Assembly (NCBI GenBank): GCA_037134535.1
Contig: JBAXMA010000002.1
Location: 1 to 49,030, forward strand
Source: a bacterium
Lineage (GTDB): Bacteria; Verrucomicrobiota; Kiritimatiellia; SPBP01
Length of the DNA: 49,030 nucleotides
Direction of reading: 5' to 3'
The notes below the pieces were generated by a model, which saw only the letters and a program-made list of their open reading frames with translations, was not told where the DNA came from and made no database searches. Below are positions 45,951 through 49,030 of this stretch, piece after piece. Numbering within the stretch: the stretch's first letter is position 1; every line of letters begins with the position of its first letter. A program made the translations under genes and the position numbers.

Positions 45951-47084
45951 TTGCATGAGGAACGGAACGTCGGCTACTTTTTCGTTGTGCGACTTCTGAA
46001 CAGATACGTACTGACGAATTTCGTGACCACTTTCATGATTACACTCATGGTGGTGACGTTTGTCATGTGCCTGGGAACCATGTCCCAGATTTCCGACAAG
46101 CTCGCCCGCGATTTTCCATGGCGACCGATAGCGATAATTTTCCTGTCTGCAATTCCCATGGTCCTGCCGTTTTCGATACCAATCAGTTCGGTCACTGCAA
46201 GTTTGCTGGTGTTTGAGCGGCTGTCTGCTGATGGCGAGATATCTGCAATGAAGGCCTGCGGAATCAGCATCTGGCAAATAGTGTCAAGGCCGGTGATGTT
46301 TGCAGTGATGCTGTCGTGTCTATGTCTCTACATAAACACGGAACTGGTTGCCAAAATGCACTTCCTGCACAGGAAAACCATTCAAGAGCACCGTGGGGAG
46401 ATAGCGCGCGCGTTACTGACGCCGGGCCGGTTTGTGTACGACATCCCCGGCTATGCCGTATACGTAGGCGAATGTGTTGCGGATAAGGACCCTCACAGCT
46501 TCCGGGTGAGTGATGTGATCATCTACGACGATAGACCGGGCAGATTTGCGCAGGAGACCAGGGCTGGTAAGGGTGTCGTCGAGATGGATGGTGATGGAAA
46601 GAAGATGACGATGGTGCTCAGCGGAGGTGTGACTGTGAATCCTTTTGTCAAAGACCGGCCCGGAGCTGTGTTGATAGCCGGCGCCTGCACAAATGTAATA
46701 GATCTTGGTGCTATTGCTTCTACCGAGTACAGGAAGCGAATGGCAGATCGCACAGCAGGTGAACTGCTTGAAGACATTCTGAACGCCGGGAATGGGCCGA
46801 CATACAGGATGTCGCTGGCGGTGGAGTTGAATCAGCGTATCGTGCTTTCTCTCTCCTGTCTTGCGTTTGTGCTGCTGGGTATTCCCCTGGGTATCACCAC
46901 CAGGCGATCCTCGTCGACCGCAGGCATTGTGATCAGTTTACTGATAGTGTTCAGTTTCTACCTGTGTATTCTGCTGGTGGATTCGCTGGCGACACATCCC
47001 GAAGTGAGGCCGGACCTGATTATGTGGGTCCCTGCTCTTGTCTCGATTACACTTGGGGCGTATCTATTGCACCGGATCAGATAA
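45951..47084 (+). CDS. LptF/LptG-family (YjgP/YjgQ) LPS export permease
   Basis: N-terminal LLNRYVLTNFVTTFMITL motif, 3 TM segments, a periplasmic beta-jellyroll-sized loop, then 3 TM segments. The start may be the later GTG at 45987. Confidence 0.8.
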   Translation: MHEERNVGYFFVVRLLNRYVLTNFVTTFMITLMVVTFVMCLGTMSQISDKLARDFPWRPIAIIFLSAIPMVLPFSIPISSVTASLLVFERLSADGEISAMKACGISIWQIVSRPVMFAVMLSCLCLYINTELVAKMHFLHRKTIQEHRGEIARALLTPGRFVYDIPGYAVYVGECVADKDPHSFRVSDVIIYDDRPGRFAQETRAGKGVVEMDGDGKKMTMVLSGGVTVNPFVKDRPGAVLIAGACTNVIDLGAIASTEYRKRMADRTAGELLEDILNAGNGPTYRMSLAVELNQRIVLSLSCLAFVLLGIPLGITTRRSSSTAGIVISLLIVFSFYLCILLVDSLATHPEVRPDLIMWVPALVSITLGAYLLHRIR

Positions 47085-47120
47085 GGGGCCGGGATATGTT
47101 CTGAGGCATCAGGATTTCAG

Positions 47121-48497
47121 CTACTTGGCGTCTTCCCCGCGGGCGCGGAGTGGAGTGTAGACGCGGCCGACAGCACCGCTGTACATCGCCCGGGGCCGGA
47201 ATATCCTGTTGTGTCTCATGTATTCCATGATTCGCGAAGTCCATCCTGAAACACGGCTTACGGCGAAAATCGGGGTGAACATTGCATCGGGAATACCAAG
47301 CGCGCTGTATACCAGACCGGAATAGAAATCCACATTCGGGAAAATTCCCTTTTTCCCTAGGTTGGCAATGACTTCTTTTTCCAGGCCGATGGCTGTTTTG
47401 TAAAGCCGCCACGAGTCGGTGTTGCGCTTGCATAAGTGCTGAGCGAGCGGACTGAGTATCCTTGCCCGGGGATCGTAGACCTTGTACACGCGGTGTCCCA
47501 TGCCCATAACTCTGGACTTCTTGCTGCGCGCTTTTTCGAACCAGGCCTTAACATCCTTCGGTGAGCCTATCTGCTTCAGCATGCGGAGTACCTGTTCATT
47601 TGCGCCGCCGTGCAATGGACCAGTCAAAGCTCCGATCCCGGCACCTACTGACGAGTAGATGTCGGACAGCGTTGAGGCAACCACCAGTGCTGCGAATGTG
47701 CTGGCGTTCATGCCGTGATCGGCATGAAGGATCAGGCACACATCCATCACTCTTTCTTCCTCGGGTGTCGGGAGTCGCCCCGACATCATATACAGAAAGT
47801 TTGCAGCATGGCTGAGCTTGGGATCTGGCGCCAGTGGGAGGCGTTCATTGCGTGTCCGCGCGATACAGGCCGCAATTGACGGGAGGCCGGCGATCAAGCG
47901 GTAGCTTGCCTCGACTATTCTTGAAGAGATGTCTTCCCCGTTGAATTCATAGATGGCGTGCTCCTCGCCCTTTGGCACTGTCTCCATGGCGATGGAATCT
48001 TCGTCAGAACCTATGAACCGTCCCTCCTCGGCTTTGCCAGCGTCCGGATCCAGTTCGGTCAGCTTGTAGCGCATCAGGTTTGTTCCGAGCCGGAGAGCGC
48101 CCATGGTGGACATTTCCTCGACAGGGAATGTCATGAGGTGGCGGAGGGTGTCCGGGATGCTCCGGTATCCTATCAGGCTCTGCTTGAAGTCCTTGAGCTG
48201 CCTTTCAGTGGGGAGGTTTCCGTTCAGCAGGAGGTAGCAGACTTCTTCGAAAGTTGAATAAGCGCAGAGATCAAATATGTCGTAGCCACGGTAGCAGAGG
48301 GCGCCCTTTGATCCATTTACGAATCCGACCTTTGTGGCGCAGGCGATGGCACCTTCAAGCCCTGGTCCGACGGTGCAATGAACCGGCCATTCGACTGAAG
48401 TAACAACCGTGGAATCCGGTTCGGTACCAGTTTCATTGCGGGCCCGCTTCGCTGACTCAAGTATCAGTTTGGTTATTACTTTTGTCTTCTTGTGCAC
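47121..48497 (-). CDS. gltA: Citrate synthase
   Basis: Motifs GPLHGGANE, MGMGHRVYKVYDPRA and NVDFYSGLVY. Confidence 0.9.
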   Translation of the reverse strand: MHKKTKVITKLILESAKRARNETGTEPDSTVVTSVEWPVHCTVGPGLEGAIACATKVGFVNGSKGALCYRGYDIFDLCAYSTFEEVCYLLLNGNLPTERQLKDFKQSLIGYRSIPDTLRHLMTFPVEEMSTMGALRLGTNLMRYKLTELDPDAGKAEEGRFIGSDEDSIAMETVPKGEEHAIYEFNGEDISSRIVEASYRLIAGLPSIAACIARTRNERLPLAPDPKLSHAANFLYMMSGRLPTPEEERVMDVCLILHADHGMNASTFAALVVASTLSDIYSSVGAGIGALTGPLHGGANEQVLRMLKQIGSPKDVKAWFEKARSKKSRVMGMGHRVYKVYDPRARILSPLAQHLCKRNTDSWRLYKTAIGLEKEVIANLGKKGIFPNVDFYSGLVYSALGIPDAMFTPIFAVSRVSGWTSRIMEYMRHNRIFRPRAMYSGAVGRVYTPLRARGEDAK

Positions 48498-48705
48498 CGT
48501 CTCAAGCCTCCGCAGTCAGAAAATACCAAATCATTATATGCATGGCCACATCTATTGGAGGCGTGTATTACATTTTTGCGGTGAGGTATGCAAGCGGAAA
48601 GAGGTCTGACATGCTTTTCTGATGGCTTGCTCCTGCAGGCTCTGCTAGTGTTCTAATCACTTGCTGTTGGATCTGTCGAGTTTGACCCGGGGGAGGTGGC
48701 AGTTC

Positions 48706-49030
48706 GTGAGTCTCATATTCCTCATACTATTTGCTGCGCTGGTGTTTGAATACATCAACGGGTTTCATGACTCGGCGAACTCAATCGCAACGGTTGTGTC
48801 GACAAAAGTGCTGACGCCGAGGCAGGCGGTGCTCATGGCTGCGGCATTTAATCTGGCTGGGGCGCTGGTTGGTGTCTCTGTTGCCACTACGATCGGCAAA
48901 GGTTTAGTGGATACCAGTTTTGTTACTACACATACCATCTTGTGCGCCCTTCTGGGCGCTATCGTGTGGAATCTTGCAACGTGGTGGCTGGGCCTGCCTT
49001 CCAGTTCCAGTCATGCGATCATAGGTGGTC
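48706..49030 (+). CDS. PiT-family inorganic phosphate transporter, 3' end truncated by the window edge
   Basis: Not in the ORF track because it has no stop. My translation from GTG 48706 (GGAGG lies 8 nt upstream) gives VSLIFLILFAALVFEYINGFHDSANSIATVVSTKVLTPRQAV...LPSSSSHAIIGG, which carries the PHO4 signatures GFHDSANSIAT and SSSHAxIGG. Confidence 0.85.
   Translation, partial: MSLIFLILFAALVFEYINGFHDSANSIATVVSTKVLTPRQAVLMAAAFNLAGALVGVSVATTIGKGLVDTSFVTTHTILCALLGAIVWNLATWWLGLPSSSSHAIIGG

Overview
The window holds about 40 protein genes and one tRNA. No transposase, integrase, CRISPR array or rRNA is visible. Gene content suggests a PVC-superphylum bacterium (Verrucomicrobiota, Kiritimatiellota or Lentisphaerota); this is inferred from a Cys-type sulfatase, an autotransporter-associated beta-strand-repeat exoprotein, LamG/DUF2341 proteins and a prepilin-type pseudopilin. 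Layout: (i) 1-13.6 kb is a glycan de-decoration locus with a sulfatase, a CE4 deacetylase fused to a long beta-strand-repeat region, a triple LamG/DUF2341 protein, two SASA-type O-acetylesterases, a GDSL esterase and an MFS transporter. (ii) 13.8-22.2 kb is a compact T2SS/type-IV-pilus-like module with two tandem full-length GspE/PilB ATPases, a PAS-PAS protein lacking a kinase domain, one pilin, an NtrC-family regulator with degenerate GAFTGA and Walker B motifs, and GspF/PilC. (iii) 22.6-28.3 kb is a translationally coupled operon of a hybrid histidine kinase, a DUF1343 (NamZ-like) protein and a fused sugar-1-P nucleotidyltransferase/APH-type kinase. (iv) An HTH-containing ORF without a canonical start codon is followed by phosphofructokinase and a DEAD-box helicase. 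(v) 32.5-40.1 kb is a YbhGFSR-like ABC-2 exporter with a split ATPase and an embedded TolC gene, followed by a C-N hydrolase. (vi) The rest is housekeeping: tRNA-Arg(CCT), nadD, rsfS, an ECF sigma/anti-sigma/membrane HExxH protein, rpsT, lptE, a TPR protein, an LptF/G permease, citrate synthase and a partial PiT phosphate transporter. The items most worth follow-up are the minimal dual-ATPase pilus/secretion module with its apparently ATPase-dead, GAFTGA-less enhancer-binding-protein homologue; a single in-frame TAG splitting a LamG protein from an esterase; the sensor-coupled MurNAc-salvage-like operon; and the start-less HTH gene. All calls come from reading motifs by eye; no database search was run.
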